Source: Candidatus Bathyarchaeota archaeon (GTDB lineage: Archaea; Thermoproteota; Bathyarchaeia; Bathyarchaeales; Bathycorpusculaceae). Taken from it: a DNA stretch of 64,000 bases. Below are positions 9,727-17,548 of the stretch, one piece after another. The stretch spans positions 96,001-160,000 of the forward strand of contig CAWGZR010000005.1 in assembly GCA_963827165.1 (NCBI GenBank), in the 5' to 3' direction. A program made the position numbers and the translations under genes. How positions within the stretch are numbered: the first letter of the stretch is position 1; every line of letters starts with the position of its first letter. Under the pieces are notes generated by a model that was given only the letters and a program-made list of their open reading frames with translations, searched no databases and was not told the origin of the DNA.

Positions 9727-9851
9727 TAAACAATATCCCCTAATAGTATTCTTCCACACTCACAACAGAGAAACCGTTGTTTCTTTCCCTGTCTGGTAAT
9801 CTGCTTACCAGCCTTAACGATGTGAAGACTGCCACATTGACATTTTTCCAA
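9726..9851 (-). CDS. 41-aa IS1 InsA-like zinc-ribbon protein, copy 2 (not in the ORF track)
   Basis: MEKCQCGSLHIVKAGKQITRQGKKQRFLCCECGRILLGDIV; TTG start, GGGGT RBS, TATA-like sequence upstream; clear paralog of 11692-11823. Confidence 0.8.
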   Translation of the reverse strand: MEKCQCGSLHIVKAGKQITRQGKKQRFLCCECGRILLGDIV

Positions 9852-9990
9852 GTTAGCTACCCCTAATCTATTGATTCATAGAAAGGTATATTAATACTTC
9901 ATGGTACTTCACTATACCCTAAACTTGATTTTTTTAGCTGTAGAAAACTTGGATTCACTATAAAAAGAGTATTGATTGTTCTTTCAGCTT

Positions 9991-10022
9991 CTTATTCTAC
10001 CGTGCTAAGACCGTACAATTAG
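9991..10022. repeat. 13-6-13 palindromic site A
   Basis: CTTATTCTACCGT-GCTAAG-ACCGTACAATTAG. Confidence 0.8.
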
Positions 10023-11668
10023 AGTTTCTTTCTTCCTTTAATGTACCAAGCGAAGCGTTCTAAGGTTTCAGTTTCTTTGAGAGATAATAGTTTATTTTCT
10101 TCTTCGCGGAATGGTTCCCAACCACTCCTAAACTTCCCATATTTTTTAAACAATAAGGGATGAATCTTATTGAAAGCTTTTTTTAGTGATAATTTCTTAT
10201 TTGAGAAGTCGGTAGTCAATTGTTGATGTATTTCTGGAAATATTGTTTTACTGGTTTCTATTAGGAGTACAGAATCGAGTTTTTCTATTGCTTTGTTTTC
10301 TTCTTCAAATGATGGTGGAAGAACCGTGTTTCTAACCATACTATTTTTGATTGGAATCTCTAATAGTTGAATTAATTGTAGTTTTAATGCTCGTATTCTT
10401 TTCTCTTCACTCTTCTGGATAAGCTCAATAGCTTCTTCTTTGATTGGGCTATGAACAAGAACATCTATTTTATGGCAGATATTAGCAAGTTTAGCTATTG
10501 GGTCTGTTGCATAATTCTCGGGGTTAATAGTATCTATTTTTTCTTGCTGGTCTGGATGGGAAACTTTGATATTTTTAATGTAATCTGTGATACGAGCAGT
10601 AGCTTCTTCTTCTGTTAGATATTCTATTGGATAGAATTTTTCTGTATTGTCATTGATGTCGTTTGATACATATTTTTCTGTACCAAATATTTTAGAATAA
10701 TCAGTATGAGCTAATAATAGAGGTTTCCAATCAGCTAAGTTATTTTCTACTAATTTCTTTCCAAGGTCTGTTAAGTAATATTTGTATTTGGCTTCATGCG
10801 ATTCAAAGCTATGTAGATTTTCTCTGCGTATTAAAAGGTTCAATACCAATGTGTTTATTGCAGTATTAAGAGAGTGACTAAAGTTACGAGCATAACCATC
10901 ATTTTTGGCTTTTACTTCGAGAAGTCCTATAACCTCAATGAAATCTGATTGTTTTAATCCTTCTTTGTTTGGTATAGTAAATATGTAAGCTGCTTCCTTT
11001 GTATCATGTTTATAATAATTTTCAAAATAGTTGATGTAAACCAAGAAGGCTTTTTGTTGTAGTGATAATCTATGTGATTTTTCGGCGAACTTTCTTGCTT
11101 TCTCCATCATTCTTTGTTCGGGTGAAATCTTGAATCCCATACGTTCAAATGGGTTTTTTTTAGACTCGGGTTTTACAGAAACATAAGAAGCATATTGTTT
11201 GTTTCCAACTAATTTCCCTTCATATTCGTAATGATGAACGTCTTGCTCGTTCATATCTAATAGGGCTGCTTTCTCCACTGCTGGTAATTCGCTATCGTTT
11301 ACAGAAACAGCAAACTCTTCTTCTGTAAGTGGAGTACGTTTGTGATTAGCAGCACGAGCTATCTTATGAGCTTCTTCTTTGCTTAACCCTTCGTAGATTT
11401 TAGCTTCTAAGGTCTGTTTCTCTGAGTATTCTTTAGTGCCTTTAGTTCTACAGAATCCATCCAGTAGTTGATATTTGTCTCCTGTCTTCAATAAAAGGAT
11501 AGGATAAAGCTGTCCTTCTGATTCGATGCTTTTGGCTAAGTTCTCTAATCTCTTAGGGTTGTAGTCTAATCTGCTTTGATATGTCTCGTCTTTAAGATCT
11601 ATCTTGTCTATTTGGAAATCTGGAACATAAAGAGGTTTTTTACTTGTTTCCTTTTGTGATGCTTTCAA
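10019..11668 (-). CDS. Large ParB N-terminal domain protein with probable winged-helix domain
   Basis: LAKSIESEGQLYPI...LLDGFCR...ANHKRTPL; later wing-like YYLTDLGKKLV. Confidence 0.85.
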   Translation of the reverse strand: MKASQKETSKKPLYVPDFQIDKIDLKDETYQSRLDYNPKRLENLAKSIESEGQLYPILLLKTGDKYQLLDGFCRTKGTKEYSEKQTLEAKIYEGLSKEEAHKIARAANHKRTPLTEEEFAVSVNDSELPAVEKAALLDMNEQDVHHYEYEGKLVGNKQYASYVSVKPESKKNPFERMGFKISPEQRMMEKARKFAEKSHRLSLQQKAFLVYINYFENYYKHDTKEAAYIFTIPNKEGLKQSDFIEVIGLLEVKAKNDGYARNFSHSLNTAINTLVLNLLIRRENLHSFESHEAKYKYYLTDLGKKLVENNLADWKPLLLAHTDYSKIFGTEKYVSNDINDNTEKFYPIEYLTEEEATARITDYIKNIKVSHPDQQEKIDTINPENYATDPIAKLANICHKIDVLVHSPIKEEAIELIQKSEEKRIRALKLQLIQLLEIPIKNSMVRNTVLPPSFEEENKAIEKLDSVLLIETSKTIFPEIHQQLTTDFSNKKLSLKKAFNKIHPLLFKKYGKFRSGWEPFREEENKLLSLKETETLERFAWYIKGRKKL

Positions 11669-11691
11669 AGTTGTTCTACCTCATAAGCCCT

Positions 11692-11823
11692 CTATTCTGT
11701 AGGGTTTAACACTCTGCCACAATCTTGGCATTGATACCTCTGAGTTTTTCCCTTTCTCGTAACCCTAAAACCCATCTTTACGATATGGGTACTTCCACAG
11801 ACGCATTTAGTTGGTTTACTCAC
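11692..11823 (-). CDS. 43-aa IS1 InsA-like zinc-ribbon protein, copy 1 (not in the ORF track)
   Basis: MSKPTKCVCGSTHIVKMGFRVTRKGKTQRYQCQDCGRVLNPTE; GTG start, TTTATAT box upstream. Confidence 0.8.
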   Translation of the reverse strand: MSKPTKCVCGSTHIVKMGFRVTRKGKTQRYQCQDCGRVLNPTE

Positions 11824-11944
11824 GGTCTTACTCTTCCCCAATATAGGTAGGTCTGTTTATAGATATAAAGATTATGGTTACTTCATATAGAATAGACCAT
11901 ACATCCTAAAGAAATATTTGTAGCCTCTCCCCATGACTGTAACT

Positions 11945-11976
11945 CTTATTCTACCGTGCTGTCACTGTATAATAAG
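11945..11976. repeat. 13-6-13 palindromic site B
   Basis: CTTATTCTACCGT-GCTGTC-ACTGTATAATAAG. Confidence 0.85.
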
Positions 11977-12064
11977 GAAATACTATTAGAGATAACAAAC
12001 CTTATTGTTTCATCTCATTAAGATGCAGATCAACCAATGCAAAAAGGGCAACGTTATTCGGTCT

Positions 12065-12097
12065 CTTAATGTAACCTTGCTGTCTATGTACAATAAG
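12065..12097. repeat. Degenerate palindromic site C
   Basis: CTTAATGTAACCTT-GCTGTC-TATGTACAATAAG (same spacer as B). Confidence 0.7.
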
Positions 12098-12521
12098 AGA
12101 ATGATAATAAGCCTATTCTTATTAGACCGTCACGGACTTTCTAATTACTAACTGTTATTTTTTTATTGATGATTTAGCGAGCCTGAAACACCTTACTTCT
12201 ACAGGGAAATAATAAGATAAGTTAAAAGTGTTTTCAATCTTAAGAGATAGGGAAACACCTTACGAATATTATTACTCGGCTAATTACTTGAGGTTGAGGT
12301 CGTATCCCGTTCTTAGTATCCTGAAGCCTTAATGAAGGTGAACGAGCCATTTAGCCACTTTAAACTCTTCCGAGTGACCTTACTTGTTCATTAGACTTTC
12401 TCGCCAATGCATTCTCTACACAATCAAGAAGTAATAGAGCATTGGCATACAAACAATTACTCCTTGATTGGTTAGATATTAACCCCTTTCTCGGCTCACA
12501 TAAAAAGCGTTATGGTTCAGT

Positions 12522-12553
12522 CTTAATGTACCGTGACAGCACAGTATAATAAG
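12522..12553. repeat. 13-6-13 palindromic site D, spacer inverted relative to B
   Basis: CTTAATGTACCGT-GACAGC-ACAGTATAATAAG; its reverse complement is 27/32 identical to site B. Confidence 0.85.
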
Positions 12554-12988
12554 AGTCGTAAGCAAAGGACAGAAGTAAGAGAAAAACAGATTTGTTATTT
12601 TTTATTTTTTATAGTATCCAGTATACTATACTGGATTAGCCGTTTCAAGCATTAATGAAGCATATTTCTGTTTTGTTTGATACTGGTAGGGTTACTCTGA
12701 GGTATTGAGATAAGCAGTATTGATATTGATTTGATGCATGGATGTAGACCCCTTGAAAAGACCATACATGGAGACCAGCGAGACCAGTCTCTTAATAGCG
12801 AGAACCTACCATCCAAGAAACTTAGCGTATAAGCTAAACCTTATTGAATATGAGTTAAAACTGTACTTAACTATTAGTATCCTTGCAAGCGAGTGAAGTC
12901 TGTAAGACGGAAGGAGCGCAGCTATAAGTACAGTTAGTTAAAGCATGGAAAATAATGATTGTTAGTAACAGTTTAGTTACTTGAAAGG

Positions 12989-14089
12989 TTACTCTTCTTT
13001 TAGTATGTCTTCTGCTTGTTTGTCTCTCTCTTCTTGATCGTGTATTATTTCTTCTAAGCTGTAGTCTTTAGCTAATAATCCTCTTTCCTTGAATGCAGTT
13101 AGTAAGGAATTGAAAGCGTATTCTAAGTTGTTGTACTTTTTCTCTAATTCACTAAGTTTCTTAACCTGTTCCTTGCTAATGCCAGAAGCAGCTTGAAAGT
13201 CTATGTTTAGATAATCATTGTAGACTGTAGGGTACTTCTCTTCTATCTCAACTTTGAGCGTCTGTAAGTAAGTTCTATCAGAGACTCCTATAGCCTTACC
13301 GAGAATGAACTTGATTTGAAACTCGTTAAAGCCACATCTGCTTAACCGAGACATCAGCCATTTTCTTATATTGTGGAATCTTAGACCACCAGTAGTTTTA
13401 AGACCGCTATTAACAGCTAACCGAGAAAGCATTTTCTGAATACCATCTGGGGTAAAAGGGAATAGTTTAGGGTTATCGTCTTTTCTTGTTTCAAGGTATT
13501 TAGATAACCATTCGATTGCAAGGGGATTAAAGACCGCTAATCTTGCTTCGCTTGTTTTGCTTCTGGTATCTTCAAAGAAAATAAACTTCTCATCATTTGC
13601 TTTAGCATGTTCAATTAATCGATATACTCTTTCTCTCTCTAATTCTAAGAAACTTGATATTTCCCATCCTAAGCTTGAAGCTGTGGCTATGATTGCTTTT
13701 TCTTGAGTGTCTCCTACTTGGAATAACTGCTTAAGGTCTCCATTAGTAAAAACGTGAGACTCGTTATCAGCTTCAACTTTCCCTAACATGCCTCTTCTAA
13801 ACTTCACGCTTTTATTTATTTGAGCTAAATAAGACCTAACGGCAATAATAACAGCTAAGACGCTGTTCTGTTTTTCACCCTTTGCTAAGGCTTCTCTTCT
13901 ATAATTCATGATTGCGCTCTTAATATCGTCTGGTTCCATTTCTCTAAGTTTCTCTTCACTTAATCCAGTAGCAGCAAAAAAGTTTTGAATTCTGTTCTTG
14001 TACATTCTTCGTGTACTGGGGTTTGAGAATTCGTTTAACCAGCCTTCAATACTTTTGTTTGATACTGGTTTATTCTTTGATTCGCTCAT
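12989..14089 (-). CDS. Tyrosine recombinase/integrase
   Basis: SAM-like N-terminus (STRRMYKNRIQNFF), RSKT, FHNIRK (HxxR), ILGK...RTY catalytic Tyr. Confidence 0.88.
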   Translation of the reverse strand: MSESKNKPVSNKSIEGWLNEFSNPSTRRMYKNRIQNFFAATGLSEEKLREMEPDDIKSAIMNYRREALAKGEKQNSVLAVIIAVRSYLAQINKSVKFRRGMLGKVEADNESHVFTNGDLKQLFQVGDTQEKAIIATASSLGWEISSFLELERERVYRLIEHAKANDEKFIFFEDTRSKTSEARLAVFNPLAIEWLSKYLETRKDDNPKLFPFTPDGIQKMLSRLAVNSGLKTTGGLRFHNIRKWLMSRLSRCGFNEFQIKFILGKAIGVSDRTYLQTLKVEIEEKYPTVYNDYLNIDFQAASGISKEQVKKLSELEKKYNNLEYAFNSLLTAFKERGLLAKDYSLEEIIHDQEERDKQAEDILKEE

Positions 14090-14478
14090 TCGCTAACACC
14101 TTATTTGACACTCTCAATAGATACAGTATGGTTACTTACTTTTAAAGGTTGTTAGATATCAATACTTGTAGTATGTGTATTTAACATCTCAGCAACATAC
14201 GTATAAAAGCTTATAGATATGCTACTGCTGTCAGGGAATAATTTCGAACCATGAATCGCTCAGCATTTGAGAAACATTTTGATTCTTTCTAAAAATGCTT
14301 GTAACGCTTTCATTGTTATCTCGTCACATTTTGTCCAGCCTGAAGTCCTACTAGCAGAATTAAATCATTTGACGTTAATTCGTACATTCGCACCGTTATG
14401 TCTTAGCAGTTTCTTTACCGTTAGAAGTTGAGTTGATACTAAAAAAAAGGAGATGGATTTTTTGTTTTGCTACTCTAT

Positions 14479-17181
14479 TTATGGTTTTCTTCTAAGCAGT
14501 ATCATTGCGAGTATGGCGATTCCCACGATTATTACAATTATTGTTGCAATTCCTATGTACATAACGGCGTTTTGCGTAGCTATACCTGTGAGTGGTGTTG
14601 CTGTTGGTGCAGATGTTGCTGCTGGTGAGGCGGCGTAGAATCCTGTGGAAGCAGTTGATCCATAGTATGATTGTGTGCCAGCAAAGGTTGCGTATACAGT
14701 GTAGTTACCTGCAATGTCAGGTTTCCACGTAAATGAGTAGTCGCCTAAGCTGTTTGTTGTCGTTGAGCCAATTGATCGGTAGTTGTTATTGGAGTCCAAT
14801 ACGTAGAAATTGACTGGGACTCCTGTTATGTTGCTCGGCATTGGCTGCTGCTCGTAAACTGCCTCCATAAACGGTGTCATGCTTGCATCAGAAACACATG
14901 GTAAGCCATTAGGAAAGTTGGCTGCGACTGCATTTTGCTGTGAGCCTGCGGAGATGTCGGTCACTGATCCTGTTACGGTTATTTGAGTGGAAGTTGTTAT
15001 GCCAACATCTGGTGCTGTAACGGTTGTTTTACTTGGTCCCATGCCGAAACCGTATATTTGGTTGTCATAGTCGTTTATCGTTGTCATTACACCGTCTGAA
15101 ATTGCTGGGGCACTCGTAATGTCGAAGCCCAATATGCTCCATGCCAGTTTTCCAGTGGTAGTGTTTATGGCAAGTTCGCTAGCTCCATGGAATAACGGTG
15201 GACTGTACATGTGACCTTCTGGAACGAATAGCATTCCATCAGCGAGTGATCCGCAGGTGAATGTCCAAAGAGGCCAGACTCCATAGGGTGTGTTAGACCC
15301 AGCAGGACCTGATAGTGTGTTAGTATTTGTCTGCCACGCGATCGCGCCTGTGGCCATGTTAATGGCCCATACGTCTCCTCCGAATCCCCACAAGTAAAGT
15401 ACTCCGTTGGCGAGAACTGCTTGATAGCCGCCGATGCTGTCGTAAGGATTGGCGCCGGCCAGACTTGTCGTCCATAGGCTGGTTCCTGTAGTCAAACTGT
15501 AACCAACAAGTGTTGACGTCTCCTCGTTAACTACAGCATAGGTCGAATCTCCGACTGCCGCGATAGATATCCTTGAAAACGGGGTTTCTGTCCTATTAGT
15601 TATCCATAGTTGTGCTCCGGTATTTGCGTTGTAGCCTGCCTCGATTTGGAAGCCAGATTGGAAGAATTGTTCTCCTGTGTATCCTGCATCTGTCATCAGT
15701 ATAATTCCACTATTGATTGATGAAATCGCTAGAGTTCCAGGCAAAGCCGACGCAGATGGTAAAGGAACGCCGTTAAGAGTCGTGGGTAGTGGCACAGTCC
15801 ACATTATCCCAGCTGAGAATTGAATGGTGGATCCCAGCACAGGTCTCCAAGACCAGTTTTGGTAGCCTGGAGCTTGGCCATTAGGGTACAGAATTGCTTG
15901 TGTCGAATTCCACATATTCAAGGTGGGTGCATTTGGATTAGTAGCGTTTACATAGTAGCCAATCAAGTCTCCACTTTGATCTTCAACCAGCGTTAATGGC
16001 GCAAGTCCAGATGCGGCAGGCGCATTGACAACAGTAAGTATAGGCTGTCCAGTCATGGCATCTAGCATTCCATATGTTGCGCCGGTGTTGGGGGGTATTG
16101 TTGGCTCTTGGACCCAAAGGTAAGCTAAGCTTCCGTACTGATTGGGTGAAACATAATCGTATATTTGACCGCATCTAAGTGTCGTTGTGTAAGGAACTGC
16201 TCCTGATGTTGTTAAGCCTCCCGAGGTTTCAAGCAAACCCTGTTGTAGTTGTGGCACGGTATAATTAAGACCCGTGTCGGTCCATAGTGTTTGTCCAGTT
16301 TGTAAGTTTACTGCGGTAATGCCTGCTGGGTCTTGGTTAGAGTTCGGGTACTCGGTGTAGTAGAGAATACCGCTTATTATTACAGGTGCGAATTTGGGTT
16401 CATACTGGGATGTCGAGTAGAAATTGCTCGTGTCGGATCCTCCGAATTCTCCGCCCACTAAGCCTCCGAAAGACTCAGGTTTTGTCCATAGGATGTGAGC
16501 GGATGTTGGCGCAGTAGTGTATGGATTATAGTTTCCGGTAATATTGTACTCGCCTGTGTTGGCAAATGTGGATGTACCTAAACCAAGCCAGTTCCCGCTA
16601 ATTGTATACCATTCGTTGTTCACTGATTCTATTGGACGACTCCAATAGTTTGTTGGAAGCGGAGTTTGGGGTATCATTGGTACTGGCCCTTGTTGCACTA
16701 CAAGAGTGTATGCTAAGCTGGTGCTTGGTTCATAATAATCTCCGATGAATGCCTTTGTTGCGGCAGTTGTTGTGGAAATAAGATTTGTTCCTGCCAACGT
16801 CTGTCCCGGAAAGCTCATCTGGAAAGTGTAGTTGCCAGCTTGACTAGGTGTATAATCTGTATGTGTTCCTCCAGTGTCGTCGGCTGTAAAGGTTCCAAGT
16901 TTTGTAGTGGTTCCATCAGGTAACTTTACCGTTACTGCCAATCCAGTCCATCGATCGCCATAAACGCCGCTGGCTGTTGGTGTCGGCAAACCGAGCCAAA
17001 AGCCAACGTTAACTGTTTGACCAACGCCGGCAGGGTTAGGATTTACTTCAATGTAAGCGTATGTTGGAATGTTCCATGGTGGTGAATGCGCATTTACGTT
17101 TGGTACTAAAATCATTGAACCCGTCATAGAAAGCACAAAGAATACACAAATTGTTATAGCTGCGATTTTGTTTTTCAACAT
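14479..17181 (-). CDS. Cell-surface PQQ-like beta-propeller repeat protein
   Basis: Signal peptide, repeated A(V/I)NxxTGxxxW motifs, Ig-like C-terminal domain, TM anchor plus RRKP. Confidence 0.9.
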   Translation of the reverse strand: MLKNKIAAITICVFFVLSMTGSMILVPNVNAHSPPWNIPTYAYIEVNPNPAGVGQTVNVGFWLGLPTPTASGVYGDRWTGLAVTVKLPDGTTTKLGTFTADDTGGTHTDYTPSQAGNYTFQMSFPGQTLAGTNLISTTTAATKAFIGDYYEPSTSLAYTLVVQQGPVPMIPQTPLPTNYWSRPIESVNNEWYTISGNWLGLGTSTFANTGEYNITGNYNPYTTAPTSAHILWTKPESFGGLVGGEFGGSDTSNFYSTSQYEPKFAPVIISGILYYTEYPNSNQDPAGITAVNLQTGQTLWTDTGLNYTVPQLQQGLLETSGGLTTSGAVPYTTTLRCGQIYDYVSPNQYGSLAYLWVQEPTIPPNTGATYGMLDAMTGQPILTVVNAPAASGLAPLTLVEDQSGDLIGYYVNATNPNAPTLNMWNSTQAILYPNGQAPGYQNWSWRPVLGSTIQFSAGIMWTVPLPTTLNGVPLPSASALPGTLAISSINSGIILMTDAGYTGEQFFQSGFQIEAGYNANTGAQLWITNRTETPFSRISIAAVGDSTYAVVNEETSTLVGYSLTTGTSLWTTSLAGANPYDSIGGYQAVLANGVLYLWGFGGDVWAINMATGAIAWQTNTNTLSGPAGSNTPYGVWPLWTFTCGSLADGMLFVPEGHMYSPPLFHGASELAINTTTGKLAWSILGFDITSAPAISDGVMTTINDYDNQIYGFGMGPSKTTVTAPDVGITTSTQITVTGSVTDISAGSQQNAVAANFPNGLPCVSDASMTPFMEAVYEQQPMPSNITGVPVNFYVLDSNNNYRSIGSTTTNSLGDYSFTWKPDIAGNYTVYATFAGTQSYYGSTASTGFYAASPAATSAPTATPLTGIATQNAVMYIGIATIIVIIVGIAILAMILLRRKP

Positions 17182-17548
17182 TTTTCTTTTTTCTCCTGAA
17201 TTTATTTATCCTGAGAAGAAATAAAATAAATATGGGCTTCTCAGGGCACGTTATTTTTCACAGATTTGGTATAAGTAATTTGCCTAATTTTTTTATCGTG
17301 ATTTAAAGCAAATAAGCGCTATTACTCAATTGATAAAGATACAAAATTAAATGAAAATAGTGGTTTTGCTTCAAAAAATAACCCTTCACAAAAAAATTCT
17401 CGCCGAAGAGGGAAAAAAAAAGGACGACACCCATGAAAGGAGAAAGCGGTCGACGATGGTACAGGGCATAGGCTCAGATTAAGCAAAGCATAAGGAATTA
17501 ATGTTTAGCATTACAGTTTAGAGTGTATGTGTTGTGGGGCGATTGAGT

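Larger units (their letters stand above)
5220..14250. mobile_element. Integrated AT-rich element (defective provirus or satellite-like); boundaries approximate
   Basis: Visibly AT-richer than the flanks; tyrosine recombinase at one end, terminase large subunit remnant, two ParB-domain genes and many small Zn-finger ORFs; no att repeat found. Confidence 0.8.

Noticed and set aside
11692-11823. IS1 insertion sequence
   Set aside because: Only a Zn-ribbon peptide is present; no InsB/DDE frame, terminal inverted repeats or target duplication.
9991-12553. CRISPR array made of the 32-bp palindromes
   Set aside because: Irregular spacing (about 90-1900 bp), mixed orientation, and no cas genes.
12880-12925. 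Hammerhead or other self-cleaving ribozyme
   Set aside because: No CUGANGA/GAAA core on either strand.
4085-14166. AGTATTGAT 9-mer at 4085, 9968, 12716 and inverted at about 14158, as arm-type sites or terminal inverted repeats
   Set aside because: Short, AT-rich and picked post hoc; cannot be separated from chance by eye.
4075-14450. attL/attR direct repeats for the integrated element
   Set aside because: Only a gapped weak similarity was found (taatttcgtcttacattcacc at about 4112 versus taattcgtacattcgcacc at about 14376), and there is no tRNA at either end, so the boundaries are left approximate.
17210-17245. 9-bp inverted repeat in the leader of the PQQ-repeat gene
   Set aside because: A single hairpin with no further support; could be an ordinary operator or UTR stem.
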